Positions 20,552-30,000 of a stretch of 64,000 bases of DNA are shown piece after piece (position 1 is the first letter of the stretch; every line of letters begins with the position of its first letter). Source of the stretch: Candidatus Shapirobacteria bacterium (lineage in GTDB: Bacteria; Patescibacteriota; Microgenomatia; UBA12405). The notes beneath the pieces were generated by a model. It worked only from the letters and a program-made list of their open reading frames with translations. It ran no database searches and was not told where the DNA came from. The stretch spans positions 128,693-192,692 of the forward strand of contig JAQWFB010000002.1 of NCBI GenBank assembly GCA_028704635.1, in the 5' to 3' direction. The position numbers were made by a program, and so were the translations under genes.

Positions 20552-20902
20552 ATGAATTTAATCTCAAAAATATTTTCTCCCACCCCTATCTGCGCTGCTG
20601 ATTGGAGTAGTACTTGTGTTAAAGATACTGATGTTGCCACCATTCAAGGTTTCAATTGTCTTTTTGCCAATATTGCCCAAGTTATCATCTATTTTGCTGG
20701 TATTGTCTTTTTTATTATGTTTATTCGTGGCGGCTTCAGTTATTTAACTTCTGGTGGTGACCCAAAAAAAACTGCTAAAGCCAATTCCACTCTTACTCTG
20801 GCTGTTATTGGTTTAGTCGGAGTCATTATTTCCTTTTTAATCATCACCTTCATCGGCGACTTTACCGGTGTCAATGTTACTGAATTCAATATCCCTAATT
20901 AA
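20552..20902 (+). CDS. Two-TM pilin-like protein, paralog 6
   Basis: 116 aa with TM1, LTSGGDPKKTAKANSTLTLAVIGLVGV and TM2. Confidence 0.6.
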   Translation: MNLISKIFSPTPICAADWSSTCVKDTDVATIQGFNCLFANIAQVIIYFAGIVFFIMFIRGGFSYLTSGGDPKKTAKANSTLTLAVIGLVGVIISFLIITFIGDFTGVNVTEFNIPN

Positions 20903-22383
20903 TGAAACGACTTTTAATCGTTTTATTATTTTTCTTATTTTTATTCCCCTCCTTGTCAAGGGAGGGGTCAGGGGTGGGTTTTGTTTATGCCCAATCAACT
21001 ACTATCACTGAAAATCAAACTACTACAACCACTACCCCTCCAGAAGAAAGTTTATTGACTAAATTTTGGAGTTGGATTTCCAAAGTTTTTATTAAAACTG
21101 ATTACACCATCGCCCAACGACCATCCGATGAAATTAATTCTGACATGACCGACTATGATACTGCATCCGACAACCGTAAACACTCTTCCTCTGGTACTCG
21201 TCTTACTGACTCTTCCAGTCAAACTTGTTACAAAGGCAATGTTATCAAAAAAGTTATTTTAGGTGAATACCAAGATTCCGACATTTCTCACATTTGTCCC
21301 GATCCATCAGACTCAAACAAATGTATTGTTTCGTCCGATTCAACTTGTAAACTAATAAAAATTAGTGATCTCGCTCATTATTTTGTTCAAACTCAAAAAC
21401 AATTTTATTGCGCAGGAAATAAATTAACTAATACTGAAAGTAATGTTATCGATAAAGTTAATGAAAAATATTCCAATTCCATTTCCTCTAATGACTTAGA
21501 TTGCTACCAAACTATTTACAACGATTTTTATTTAGTTCCCAAAGAAAGTGTTGAAAATGAAGAAAATTCCAAAAACATAGTTCAAACTCCTATTTCTGCC
21601 GGTGATCAAAAATCAGGTTCCATTAGTGATACTAAAGATCAGCTTAATAAAAATTTTGTTCCCGCTAATCAAAGCTGGGATGGTTTAAGTAGTCTTCGTC
21701 CCCAAAGTTGGGGTAAAGGTTCATCGGGAATTAGTTGGGGTACTAGTGGTGAATTTAACGGTGGTGGTACCAGTTCTGGTACCTGTAATGCCATTGATAG
21801 CCACTGTCGAGGCATGAGCCTTTACGGTGCTCTCGGTCTTTCTCAATCAGGTAAAAATTACGAAGAAATTCTTAATTTTTTTTATGGCAGTATCTCTCTA
21901 AAAACTATTAATACTTCCAATACTAATATTTCTGTTAAAACCGACAGTAACGACGATTGCTCTAGTTATCAACCATTAAATCTTGAAACTTACCTTAGTG
22001 GTCTTGGAGAAATGTCTGATTATTGGGGTGATCCTAGCACCAACGGCTATGAGAGCATGAAAGCTTTAGTAGTTGCTGCCCGTACCTATGCTTATGTTGC
22101 CACCCAAAATTTCACCCAACCAATCTGTAGTAATTCCAATTGTCAAAATTTTCATTGCAGTGTTATCAAAACTAAACCTAATTTAGATCGAGCCATCAAA
22201 GAAACTCAAGGTCAAATTATTGTCGATAGCACTAATCAAACCCCATTTTTAACCGAATACGCTCGTTCATTTTGTGGTCCATCTAAAACTGTTGTTTTTT
22301 CCAACCACACCAATACTTCAGTCAATGGTTATGAATATGAACTCAAAGCTCTCAGCGGCGACTCCCCATTCTGCCTCAATTAA
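20902..22383 (+). CDS. Secreted Cys-rich protein with a C-terminal SpoIID/LytB-like domain (putative cell-wall lytic factor)
   Basis: Has a signal peptide and a Thr-rich linker (TTTITENQTTTTTTPPEE). Near the C-terminus the motifs ESMKALVVAARTYAYVATQN and CQNF match the SpoIID signature. The signal-peptide region contains an in-frame palindromic element (20945-20985). Confidence 0.5.
   Translation: MKRLLIVLLFFLFLFPSLSREGSGVGFVYAQSTTITENQTTTTTTPPEESLLTKFWSWISKVFIKTDYTIAQRPSDEINSDMTDYDTASDNRKHSSSGTRLTDSSSQTCYKGNVIKKVILGEYQDSDISHICPDPSDSNKCIVSSDSTCKLIKISDLAHYFVQTQKQFYCAGNKLTNTESNVIDKVNEKYSNSISSNDLDCYQTIYNDFYLVPKESVENEENSKNIVQTPISAGDQKSGSISDTKDQLNKNFVPANQSWDGLSSLRPQSWGKGSSGISWGTSGEFNGGGTSSGTCNAIDSHCRGMSLYGALGLSQSGKNYEEILNFFYGSISLKTINTSNTNISVKTDSNDDCSSYQPLNLETYLSGLGEMSDYWGDPSTNGYESMKALVVAARTYAYVATQNFTQPICSNSNCQNFHCSVIKTKPNLDRAIKETQGQIIVDSTNQTPFLTEYARSFCGPSKTVVFSNHTNTSVNGYEYELKALSGDSPFCLN
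20945..20985. repeat. Palindromic element inside the SpoIID-like gene (encodes PSLSREGSGVGFV in the signal-peptide region)
   Basis: CCCCTCCTTGTCAAGGGAGGGG + TCAGGGG + TGGGTTTTGTTT. Confidence 0.75.
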
Positions 22384-22428
22384 ACAAATTTCAACAATCT
22401 CTACCCTGCTAGTTGGTAAATATTTTTT

Positions 22429-23997
22429 ATGCTAAAATTATCCATAATGTCCATCTCAAATATCTTACAGAAACTCAACTCCCGCGACACTCGATTAATT
22501 CCCCAACTTCCCAAATTAAATAAAAAAATTAAATTTGCCTCAATTTTAATTGCCTTTGTTTTTTTAGGTTTTCTTAGCCATCAAATATTAGCTGTCACCA
22601 ATATTAATATCAATAATTCTTCAGCCATTGAAAAATTCAAAAATAAGCAAACTGCCATTGATAAAGGAAACAATCAAGAATCTTGGATGAACGAATCTAT
22701 AATGAGTAACGCTATGTCTCTTAATCAAGCCATTGCTGGCACTATTCCTGATAGTGTTCTCAACAGTACCACCACTTCTTGGGTTCCCGGTGGCATGATT
22801 GGTGTTGCCAACCAATCAATTGCTTATCTCTATAATCCCCCCGCTTCTGGAGTTCAATATATTGCTCAATCAGTCGATAATTTTCTCGGCAAACCAGCCT
22901 ATGCTGCTACCGGTTATGAAGGTTTAAAAGGTATCCAAAATATTTGGAAATCATTTAGAAATGCAGTTTATGTTCTCTTTTCAATAATTTTCATTGGCAT
23001 TGGTATTGCCATCATGCTTCGTGTCAAAATCAGTCAACAAGCCGTTATTTCCATTCAATCCGCCATTCCCTCATTAATCACCAGTCTTATTTTAGTTACC
23101 TTCTCCTACGCCATTGCCGGTCTTTTGATTGATTTAAGCTATGTTTTTCAAGGCTTAGTTTTAGCTATACTTTTTAATTCAAAAGGTGGTCTCAGTTCAA
23201 CTCTTTTTTCTGGTGGCTTAGTTAACCCATCTTTTTCTACCCTAATGAATACCGGCTTCTGGGAATTTTTCTTTTTGTCTACAAAAGCAGTTCCTGTAAC
23301 AGCCATAACCTTACTAGCTGGTATCCCTAGTGGAATAATTACCGGTCTTATTGCTGGTTTTAGTTTTGGATTAGCCACACCTATTGCTGTTGCTGTAGGA
23401 GCAGGTACTTTTATTCTCATATTTTTAATGATTATCATAATGATTTTGATTTATGTTATAAAATTTTTCTTCGGTATGATCAAATGTTTTATTAGTCTAA
23501 TTCTTAAAATAATTCTCGCTCCAATCGAAATCGGTATGGGTGCTGTCCCTAATAGTAAAATGAACTTTTCCAGTTGGATTTGGCAAATCATTGCCAATTT
23601 AGCTGTTTTTCCAATTTCTCTTATTTTTTTGGTTTTAGTCAATATGATTATCGATAGTGTTAATACTAATAATCTTTGGGCTCCACCAATGCTTGGTGGT
23701 AGTTGGTTATTATGTCCCGCAATTGGTATCGGCGCTTTAATGATGCTTTCCAAACTCCCATCCATGATCCCTGAATTTATTTTCCAAATCAAACCATCTC
23801 CATTTGGTAAAGCTATTGGCGAAGGCTTTAAGCCTTATAGTTCTGCTACTAAATTCGGCGGCCGTATGGCCGCTGAAGCCGGCGCTGGTCAAATCAGAGA
23901 ATATGAAAAAAATGCCCCTGATAAGGGATGGGTCAAAGCTGGTGGTTACTTAACTAGGGCCGCAGAAATGACAGGTATAATTAAAGAAAGAAAATAA
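22429..23997 (+). CDS. Polytopic membrane protein (VirB6/TrbL-like topology, putative)
   Basis: 522 aa. An N-terminal signal anchor and a roughly 150-aa extracytoplasmic segment are followed by at least six hydrophobic helices. It lies in the pilin/T4SS-like cluster. Confidence 0.4.
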   Translation: MLKLSIMSISNILQKLNSRDTRLIPQLPKLNKKIKFASILIAFVFLGFLSHQILAVTNININNSSAIEKFKNKQTAIDKGNNQESWMNESIMSNAMSLNQAIAGTIPDSVLNSTTTSWVPGGMIGVANQSIAYLYNPPASGVQYIAQSVDNFLGKPAYAATGYEGLKGIQNIWKSFRNAVYVLFSIIFIGIGIAIMLRVKISQQAVISIQSAIPSLITSLILVTFSYAIAGLLIDLSYVFQGLVLAILFNSKGGLSSTLFSGGLVNPSFSTLMNTGFWEFFFLSTKAVPVTAITLLAGIPSGIITGLIAGFSFGLATPIAVAVGAGTFILIFLMIIIMILIYVIKFFFGMIKCFISLILKIILAPIEIGMGAVPNSKMNFSSWIWQIIANLAVFPISLIFLVLVNMIIDSVNTNNLWAPPMLGGSWLLCPAIGIGALMMLSKLPSMIPEFIFQIKPSPFGKAIGEGFKPYSSATKFGGRMAAEAGAGQIREYEKNAPDKGWVKAGGYLTRAAEMTGIIKERK

Positions 23998-24062
23998 TAA
24001 TTAATCCCTTGTTTTTAATATATCAATATTCTGCTTCAGTTTAATTAATTCGGATCTGTAAA

Positions 24063-26321
24063 TTAATTAAAGGCTCTTTTGTTCAATTGTCTATACAACT
24101 TCTCTGTTTTTCTTATATCTCTTTCCCTTTGAGCATCATTTACTATTGTTAATCTAAAACCTCTTGGATCTTCATTTCCTTTAACATTAACACCCATATA
24201 ACGCATTACACTATTTATATCCACATCTGCATTACTTATATTTAAGTCTTGCACTAACAATTTGTATAAAAATAAATTATAACCACTTTTTGATACCTCT
24301 TTTGGTGTTTTTACATAAATATAATCCGAGGACAAACGTGTTGTATCCGCTCCAAATGAGCCTAGTATCATATTTGCCCAATAATCTGGACTAGTTGTAT
24401 ATTTATAAGTGGGTTTCCCATTTATTCTTATCCCTCTCACCATACCAACCTTATCTTTAATATCGTGGACCCAACCTTCCACACTTTTAACCTCCTTCTT
24501 TCCCATCATACAATTGTATGACAAAGCTGCTGTCTCTATTTGATCCCTAAATAAATTCAAAAAATCAACTTGGTTTGTTCCAAAACTAAAATCACCATTT
24601 TCATTCCTATTAATTAATTTTCCTTCATCATCAAACCTTGCATAATTCATCAATAAAGTTGATACTGTTACATCTTCTTCTTTGGTAAACTTTTCACCAT
24701 TTGGTTTACACAAATCTCTTGTTCCATAAGTAAAATCAAAAAATCCATAGCACATTTTATTATCAAAAATTTTCATTTCCCCATCTGTAATCTTTTCTCT
24801 CAATGTCTTTTTTCCATCAATTGGCTTTCCCAATTCTTTTTCCACCCTCATCACTGTTAATGCATAATCCGCCAACGATCCACCAAAATATTCCGCTTCA
24901 AAAATATCCTTTTCTTCTTTAAAAACCTTCCATTTGCTTTTGGCTTTATATTCTGGGTTTAAAGTCCTCATTCCATCATTAATAATCCCTCCATATGTTG
25001 GCATCACTCTCGTTCTATCAGCTAAACTCGAATCACCAAACATATAAAACAAATTCCACGCCGTATATGCATTCATTTTATCCATATAATTAGCCTCTTT
25101 TCTTCCATTTTGTTTTGCCAAAAAATCAGCCATTTCCTCTTTATAATCTCTTATTCCTTCTAATTTATTTTCCACACTTGCCTTGATTCCTTGATGTCCC
25201 TTTTTATTTATCCCCTCCTTATATCTCAAACTCATTCTCCCATTTTTATCCTCATAAAGTTCACATAAATCATTCAACATTTTACTCGATACCAATTTAA
25301 AATCTTCATTAAATAATTTCGTGAATTTTTCGTTATCAAATGCAAACCACATCCTATTACCCTGAATTTTATCCAAATCTTTACCCGCATAACTCATACT
25401 AGCCGCCCCATCGTTAACCATCACCATATATTCAATCCTAGATTGTATTTCTTCAGTAGATTCTTTAACGCTCCCATCCTTGTTTAATATTGGTTTTATC
25501 TTTTTAAACCACTCCGGAGGCGTATATGATTGCCATCTCATACTAGAATCCATAAATTTCATCGCCATTGCCGCATTTTCTGGAGATATTTCCCATCTCG
25601 CCCCACCTCTAGTTTCCTGCGTTTCTGGATCGATAACTATTGGTTCATAATCTACTTCATCGTCTATATCTACCTTTCTTCTTACACTTGGATCCACCTC
25701 TCTTACTAATCCACTATCTAAACATCCCACCACTGCTCCTATTTTTAATCCGTCTTTCGAATCTGGATCAATTTCATCAAATTTATCACATAAAATTTCA
25801 ATTACTCTTTTAGTTTCTATTCCTCGTTTTTCAGCAAAAGCTTTTGGTGCTAAAATTGCCCTTCTGTTAATTTTTTCTAAATCAATTAAATTGGCTACAA
25901 TCTCTTTTCCCACTTTATCACCATCTCCTGATACCAATAAATTTTCCGCCACATACTTCTCTATTCCTACCAAATTAGATGGTAAGTTTTCGCCCAATTT
26001 ACCTTGTAATAATAAATCATTTGCCTTTCCATTTTCTGTTAAACACATTGCTGAACCTAAAAGATTCAAAGCCTCTTCTGCATTTTTTCTTTGGATGTCA
26101 GTTTTACCTGTTAAATCTTTAGTAGTATTTATCATTTCCTCTACACTTTGGTAATTAGCAGCAAAACTTCCCCCTAAAATTTCTCTTGCTTTTTCAGCAG
26201 ACTCTTGAGAAGAATCACCTAAAACCTTATTTCTCTCAATTGTTCTCGACAAATTCACCGCCTTCAACACTTTTTCTGTAGATATATTTATTTCTGGTCC
26301 TCTTTCACTCATATGCCCCAA
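24063..26321 (-). CDS. Large hypothetical soluble protein (752 aa)
   Basis: Long, clean ORF with coding-like composition. It has no TM helices or signal peptide, and no motif I recognise. Confidence 0.55.
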   Translation of the reverse strand: MGHMSERGPEINISTEKVLKAVNLSRTIERNKVLGDSSQESAEKAREILGGSFAANYQSVEEMINTTKDLTGKTDIQRKNAEEALNLLGSAMCLTENGKANDLLLQGKLGENLPSNLVGIEKYVAENLLVSGDGDKVGKEIVANLIDLEKINRRAILAPKAFAEKRGIETKRVIEILCDKFDEIDPDSKDGLKIGAVVGCLDSGLVREVDPSVRRKVDIDDEVDYEPIVIDPETQETRGGARWEISPENAAMAMKFMDSSMRWQSYTPPEWFKKIKPILNKDGSVKESTEEIQSRIEYMVMVNDGAASMSYAGKDLDKIQGNRMWFAFDNEKFTKLFNEDFKLVSSKMLNDLCELYEDKNGRMSLRYKEGINKKGHQGIKASVENKLEGIRDYKEEMADFLAKQNGRKEANYMDKMNAYTAWNLFYMFGDSSLADRTRVMPTYGGIINDGMRTLNPEYKAKSKWKVFKEEKDIFEAEYFGGSLADYALTVMRVEKELGKPIDGKKTLREKITDGEMKIFDNKMCYGFFDFTYGTRDLCKPNGEKFTKEEDVTVSTLLMNYARFDDEGKLINRNENGDFSFGTNQVDFLNLFRDQIETAALSYNCMMGKKEVKSVEGWVHDIKDKVGMVRGIRINGKPTYKYTTSPDYWANMILGSFGADTTRLSSDYIYVKTPKEVSKSGYNLFLYKLLVQDLNISNADVDINSVMRYMGVNVKGNEDPRGFRLTIVNDAQRERDIRKTEKLYRQLNKRAFN

Positions 26322-26336
26322 TTATACCAAATCCGA

Positions 26337-26406
26337 TCCCTCTTTGACTATCACTCCCTTTTCAAGGGAGGGAAATCCCGCATCTGCGGGATGGGTGGGT
26401 TTTATA
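26337..26406. repeat. Palindromic element(s) in the 5' region of the 26344 ORF (encode PFSREGNPASAGWVGF)
   Basis: CCCTCTTTGACTATCACTCCCTTTTCAAGGGAGGGA + AATCCCGCATCTGCGGGAT + GGGTGGGTTTTATAG. Confidence 0.8.
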
Positions 26407-26418
26407 GTACAATTATTT

Positions 26419-28110
26419 ATGCCTTCGCTTCTACCCTCTTCCAATATTTCTTCCATCGAAAATCACGTTCGTTCCTATCGTTCGGCGCTTCAATCCAATC
26501 TCGAAATCACCATCAATTCTCTTTCGAATTCTCACCTTAAAATGCATTCTCTTCTCCACCCCCTCGGTCACACCAAAGAAGTCGATTTTTCCGCACTCAC
26601 TTATTCACTTGACCGTCTCCCTCGAATCAGTCACGAAGTCGAAAAAATTATCATCGGTCAAAGTCCCGAGGTTTTTGAAGAATCAGGTTACAAAAATATC
26701 ACCAAATGGAAAGAGGTTAAATCTAAAAATCGTCGCCGAATTGCCTATCTTAATTCTCAAAAAAAAACATTAGCTTTTTTTATTGCTTCCGTCTCTGATA
26801 TTGATGACCTTGTTAATATTCTTATTACCCTTCAAATCGAATGGAATAAATTAAATCAACTTCTTCGCAAAAATTATTCACTTTTCTCCCTTCTTCAAAA
26901 AGATCTTGAATCTCAAGAATTTTTCCAAAAATTAAAAGTTGACCCCAAAAAATGGCAACTATTCACTTCCTCTCTTGGCTCGAATTGGCGTTCTAAAATT
27001 AAAAAAATCTATAAATCTCCTATCAATCTTAGAGTTCAACTTCTTGCCGCCTCTTGGCTCAACTACACTAAATCAACTCAAAAGTGGTGGCGAAATATCT
27101 CCACCAACGTTTCTCCTGTTTTTCACCACATGTCTCATCAAGAGATTTATTTTGTTTCCAGTAATACTCACAGTTTAATGAATATTTTTACTGGTTTTCC
27201 TTTAGCTCACCAGTTTGAAATTATTTCTGACCTAAAAGCTAATCACCCTTCCCTTTATCAAATTTGGGAACAAATCAAATCCAAAAATTCACTTCTATCC
27301 CCCACCGATTTTATTTATTTTACTTCTAAACATTTCCTCTCCCGCCCAGAAGTCAAGAAAGATTATCAAGCCTTTCAAAAAAAACTCGGTATTTTTAACA
27401 TTCCCAACCCTAATTATCTCGACATCACTTCCCAAATTTTTCCCATAAAAAACTTAATTAAATCAAAATATCTCGACCCACGAATCAAAATCAAAAAACC
27501 TCTCTCTCTCGAAAAATCAAACGCTCTAATTATAAATATTGATTATCCTCTTGGTTTTGCCGCTTATCATATCCTCAGTGAAATCATGGAAAATGTTAAA
27601 AATATCAAAGGAGTTTATATTCTCGGTAAAGCCGCCGCCCTCAATAGTGAAGTCGGCGATCTCATCACCCCTCGTTTAGTTTTTGACGAACACACCCAAA
27701 ATTCCTACCTCTTCAAAAATTGTTTTAATAATTTTTTTCCTTTTGTTAATAATCAAGGTTCAATTTTAACCAATCAAAAGGCTGTTTCTGTTTTTGGCAC
27801 CTTTCTTGAAAATAAAGCTCTCTTAAATTTTTATTTCAAAAATAACATCACTATTATTGAAATGGAATCTGGTCCTTATTTAAGTGCTGTCACTGAGAGT
27901 TGTTATGACCAACAAGCCCCAAAAAAATCTATTGTCGATCTTAACAACTGTCCTTTCGATCTCGGTATCATCAATTATGCCTCTGACACCCCTTATTCCA
28001 GTCTTCAAAATCTCGGCGACAGTCAATTAGGCATCACTGGTATCGAACCAGTCACTTTAGGTAGCTTAGCCATCTTACAACGAATAATAAATCTTGAAGA
28101 AGAAAAGTGA
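26419..28110 (+). CDS. Hypothetical protein with a possible C-terminal nucleoside-phosphorylase-like (PNP/UDP) domain. The ORF opens at 26344, inside a palindromic element, and the likely true start is M at 26419.
   Basis: The C-terminal region GFAAYHILSEIMENVKNIKGVYILGKAAALNSEVGDLITP...IIEMESGPY resembles PNP_UDP_1 motifs. The first 25 codons of the long ORF are element-encoded (PFSREGNPASAGWVGF). Confidence 0.4.
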   Translation: MPSLLPSSNISSIENHVRSYRSALQSNLEITINSLSNSHLKMHSLLHPLGHTKEVDFSALTYSLDRLPRISHEVEKIIIGQSPEVFEESGYKNITKWKEVKSKNRRRIAYLNSQKKTLAFFIASVSDIDDLVNILITLQIEWNKLNQLLRKNYSLFSLLQKDLESQEFFQKLKVDPKKWQLFTSSLGSNWRSKIKKIYKSPINLRVQLLAASWLNYTKSTQKWWRNISTNVSPVFHHMSHQEIYFVSSNTHSLMNIFTGFPLAHQFEIISDLKANHPSLYQIWEQIKSKNSLLSPTDFIYFTSKHFLSRPEVKKDYQAFQKKLGIFNIPNPNYLDITSQIFPIKNLIKSKYLDPRIKIKKPLSLEKSNALIINIDYPLGFAAYHILSEIMENVKNIKGVYILGKAAALNSEVGDLITPRLVFDEHTQNSYLFKNCFNNFFPFVNNQGSILTNQKAVSVFGTFLENKALLNFYFKNNITIIEMESGPYLSAVTESCYDQQAPKKSIVDLNNCPFDLGIINYASDTPYSSLQNLGDSQLGITGIEPVTLGSLAILQRIINLEEEK

Positions 28111-28121
28111 TATTCTAAAAT

Positions 28122-28682
28122 ATGTCTAGTTTTATTATTGGCTTAATATTGATAATTTTTCTTTTAATAATTAAAAAATCTCAAGAACGTAATCGAACCA
28201 CCCCTGATGGTGCTCCTTGGGTCCCTCTGGAACCATTTGTTATTCAAAACATTATGGACATGTCCAAGATTAAAAAGGGAGATATCTTTTATGATTTAGG
28301 TTCAGGTGATGGTCGAGTTGTCATTGCTGCTACTCTTCGTGGCGCCAAAGCTTATGGAGTCGAAATAGACCCTTTTCGTGTTTTATACTCACGAATATGT
28401 ATCTTTTTATTTGGTTTGACTGGTAGAGCTAAAATAATTCAAGGAGATATCTTTAAAATCGATCTTTCAAACGCCGATGTTGTTACCACTTATCTTTTAC
28501 AAGAAACTAATGATAAATTGTTTCCCAAACTAGATAAAGAATTAAAAGAAGGGACTCGAATCGTCAGTTCCGCTTTCAATTATCCCAAATTAAAACCAAT
28601 CACTATCAATCCTAATGGCCCAATTTACGGGCCTCTATATCTATACCACTATTCTAAAACCAAAAACCGAACTAAATTTTAA
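28122..28682 (+). CDS. Small class I SAM-dependent methyltransferase with an N-terminal TM helix
   Basis: Shows methyltransferase motif I (IFYDLGSGDGRVVIAA), followed by a motif II/III-like pattern. Confidence 0.65.
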   Translation: MSSFIIGLILIIFLLIIKKSQERNRTTPDGAPWVPLEPFVIQNIMDMSKIKKGDIFYDLGSGDGRVVIAATLRGAKAYGVEIDPFRVLYSRICIFLFGLTGRAKIIQGDIFKIDLSNADVVTTYLLQETNDKLFPKLDKELKEGTRIVSSAFNYPKLKPITINPNGPIYGPLYLYHYSKTKNRTKF

Positions 28683-28703
28683 AATATTCAAAAAAAAGGG
28701 TAT

Positions 28704-29096
28704 GTGATAAATTCCAAATGTTATAATCGTTCCATGAACCAAAAAATTTTATCCCTTTCTCTCATTCTTTTTTCTACTATTTTATTAACCGGTTGTTCTG
28801 TTAAAAACTCATCTGTCACTTCAACTTCTCCCACTCCTACCACCATTTCTCAATCAACTAATAAAATTGGTTACCCCTGTCTTAAAGGTGAAACTGCTTT
28901 TAGCTCCCTTACTGTCAGTGGCAATAAGATGGAATTTCAGCAAAGTTCTCTCGGTAAAATTATCACTTCTATTAACGGTATTCCTCAAGGTGAGGGTAAA
29001 TATTGGCAATATTCCATCGATGATAAATATGCCGAAGTTGGCGCCGATGCTTATCAATGCCAAGGTGGTGAAATTATTACTTGGGAGTTAAAATAA
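28704..29096 (+). CDS. Lipoprotein (DUF4430-like)
   Basis: Has a lipobox (LLTGCSV) and a C-terminal motif GKYWQYSIDDKYAEVGADAYQCQGGEIITWE. Confidence 0.45.
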   Translation: MINSKCYNRSMNQKILSLSLILFSTILLTGCSVKNSSVTSTSPTPTTISQSTNKIGYPCLKGETAFSSLTVSGNKMEFQQSSLGKIITSINGIPQGEGKYWQYSIDDKYAEVGADAYQCQGGEIITWELK

Positions 29097-29099
29097 GCT

Positions 29100-29630
29100 A
29101 TGAAAAATCTAAAACTAATTCCCTTATTCTTTTTAATTTTTGGCATCATGGCTCGGTTTTTACCTCATCCAGCCAATTTTGCCCCCATCACTGCCATCGC
29201 TCTTTTTGGCGCCAGATATTTACCCAAAAAATTTGCTTTTATCTTACCTATCAGTATTCTCTTAATCAGTGATTTATTTTTAGGTTTCTACGGCCCTGAA
29301 ATGTTCTTTGTCTACGGTAGTTTTATTTTGGCTGGTTTTATTGGCCTAGTCTCTCGTAATAAAAAATCATTATCTTTTATTCCTTTTACTAGTATTTCTT
29401 CCTCGATAATCTTCTTTTTAATTTCTAATTTTGGCGTCTGGCTAACTACTACTATGTATGCCAAAAATATTATCGGTCTAGAATCCTGTTTTATTGCTGC
29501 CATTCCTTTTTTCCGCAGCACTCTTTTAAGCGATCTTTTATACACCACTCTTTTTATTAGTGGTTACGAACTTTCCCTTATTTTAGGTAAAAAATTACTA
29601 TCTCGTCAACAATTTGCCTTGGCTTTTTAA
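29100..29630 (+). CDS. Small polytopic membrane protein (possibly an ECF-transporter S-component-like protein)
   Basis: 176 aa with five or six TM helices. Function inferred only from topology and its position next to the DUF4430-like lipoprotein. Confidence 0.35.
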   Translation: MKNLKLIPLFFLIFGIMARFLPHPANFAPITAIALFGARYLPKKFAFILPISILLISDLFLGFYGPEMFFVYGSFILAGFIGLVSRNKKSLSFIPFTSISSSIIFFLISNFGVWLTTTMYAKNIIGLESCFIAAIPFFRSTLLSDLLYTTLFISGYELSLILGKKLLSRQQFALAF

Positions 29631-29633
29631 ACC

Positions 29634-29912
29634 ATGCCTCAAAGTGACCGACAAATTTTATTAACCAAACTTGAACAAGCCAAAACCCAAATTGAGATTG
29701 GCACCAAATATCGACACACTAAAACCGGTAGCCAATATCTTGTTTTAAATTTAGTTATCCAAGAAGACACCGAAGAAATCCGAGTTATCTATCAAGAACT
29801 CAATCATCAACCTGCCATCATCTGGAGTCGATCATTCGACGGCCCAGACGGCTGGATCATCCCCACCGAAATCAATAGAGAAATGGTTCCCAGATTCACT
29901 AAAATAATTTAA
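29634..29912 (+). CDS. DUF1653-like small protein
   Basis: The YRHTKTGSQYLVLNLVIQEDTEEIRVIYQEL...IWSRSFDG pattern. Confidence 0.45.
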   Translation: MPQSDRQILLTKLEQAKTQIEIGTKYRHTKTGSQYLVLNLVIQEDTEEIRVIYQELNHQPAIIWSRSFDGPDGWIIPTEINREMVPRFTKII

Positions 29913-29925
29913 AAGACGAGATTGT

Positions 29926-30000
29926 AATTTTCCGCGCGCAACATCCGAGGTGCAATGCCGAAGGGCGTGAGCACGGCAAAATTATAATCGAGTCAAAAAA
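29926..30000. repeat. Copy B of the conserved GC-rich element, abutting the ftsH stop codon in a convergent intergenic region
   Basis: Core identical to copy A. Confidence 0.85.

Noticed and set aside
18659-20902. The six small proteins as type IV (PilA-like) pilins or as double-glycine-leader bacteriocins
   Set aside because: They have no G/FTLIE-type prepilin peptidase site. Only the first paralog has an LGG near the N-terminus, and none fits the double-glycine leader consensus. The two-helix topology fits VirB2/TrbC-like pilins better.
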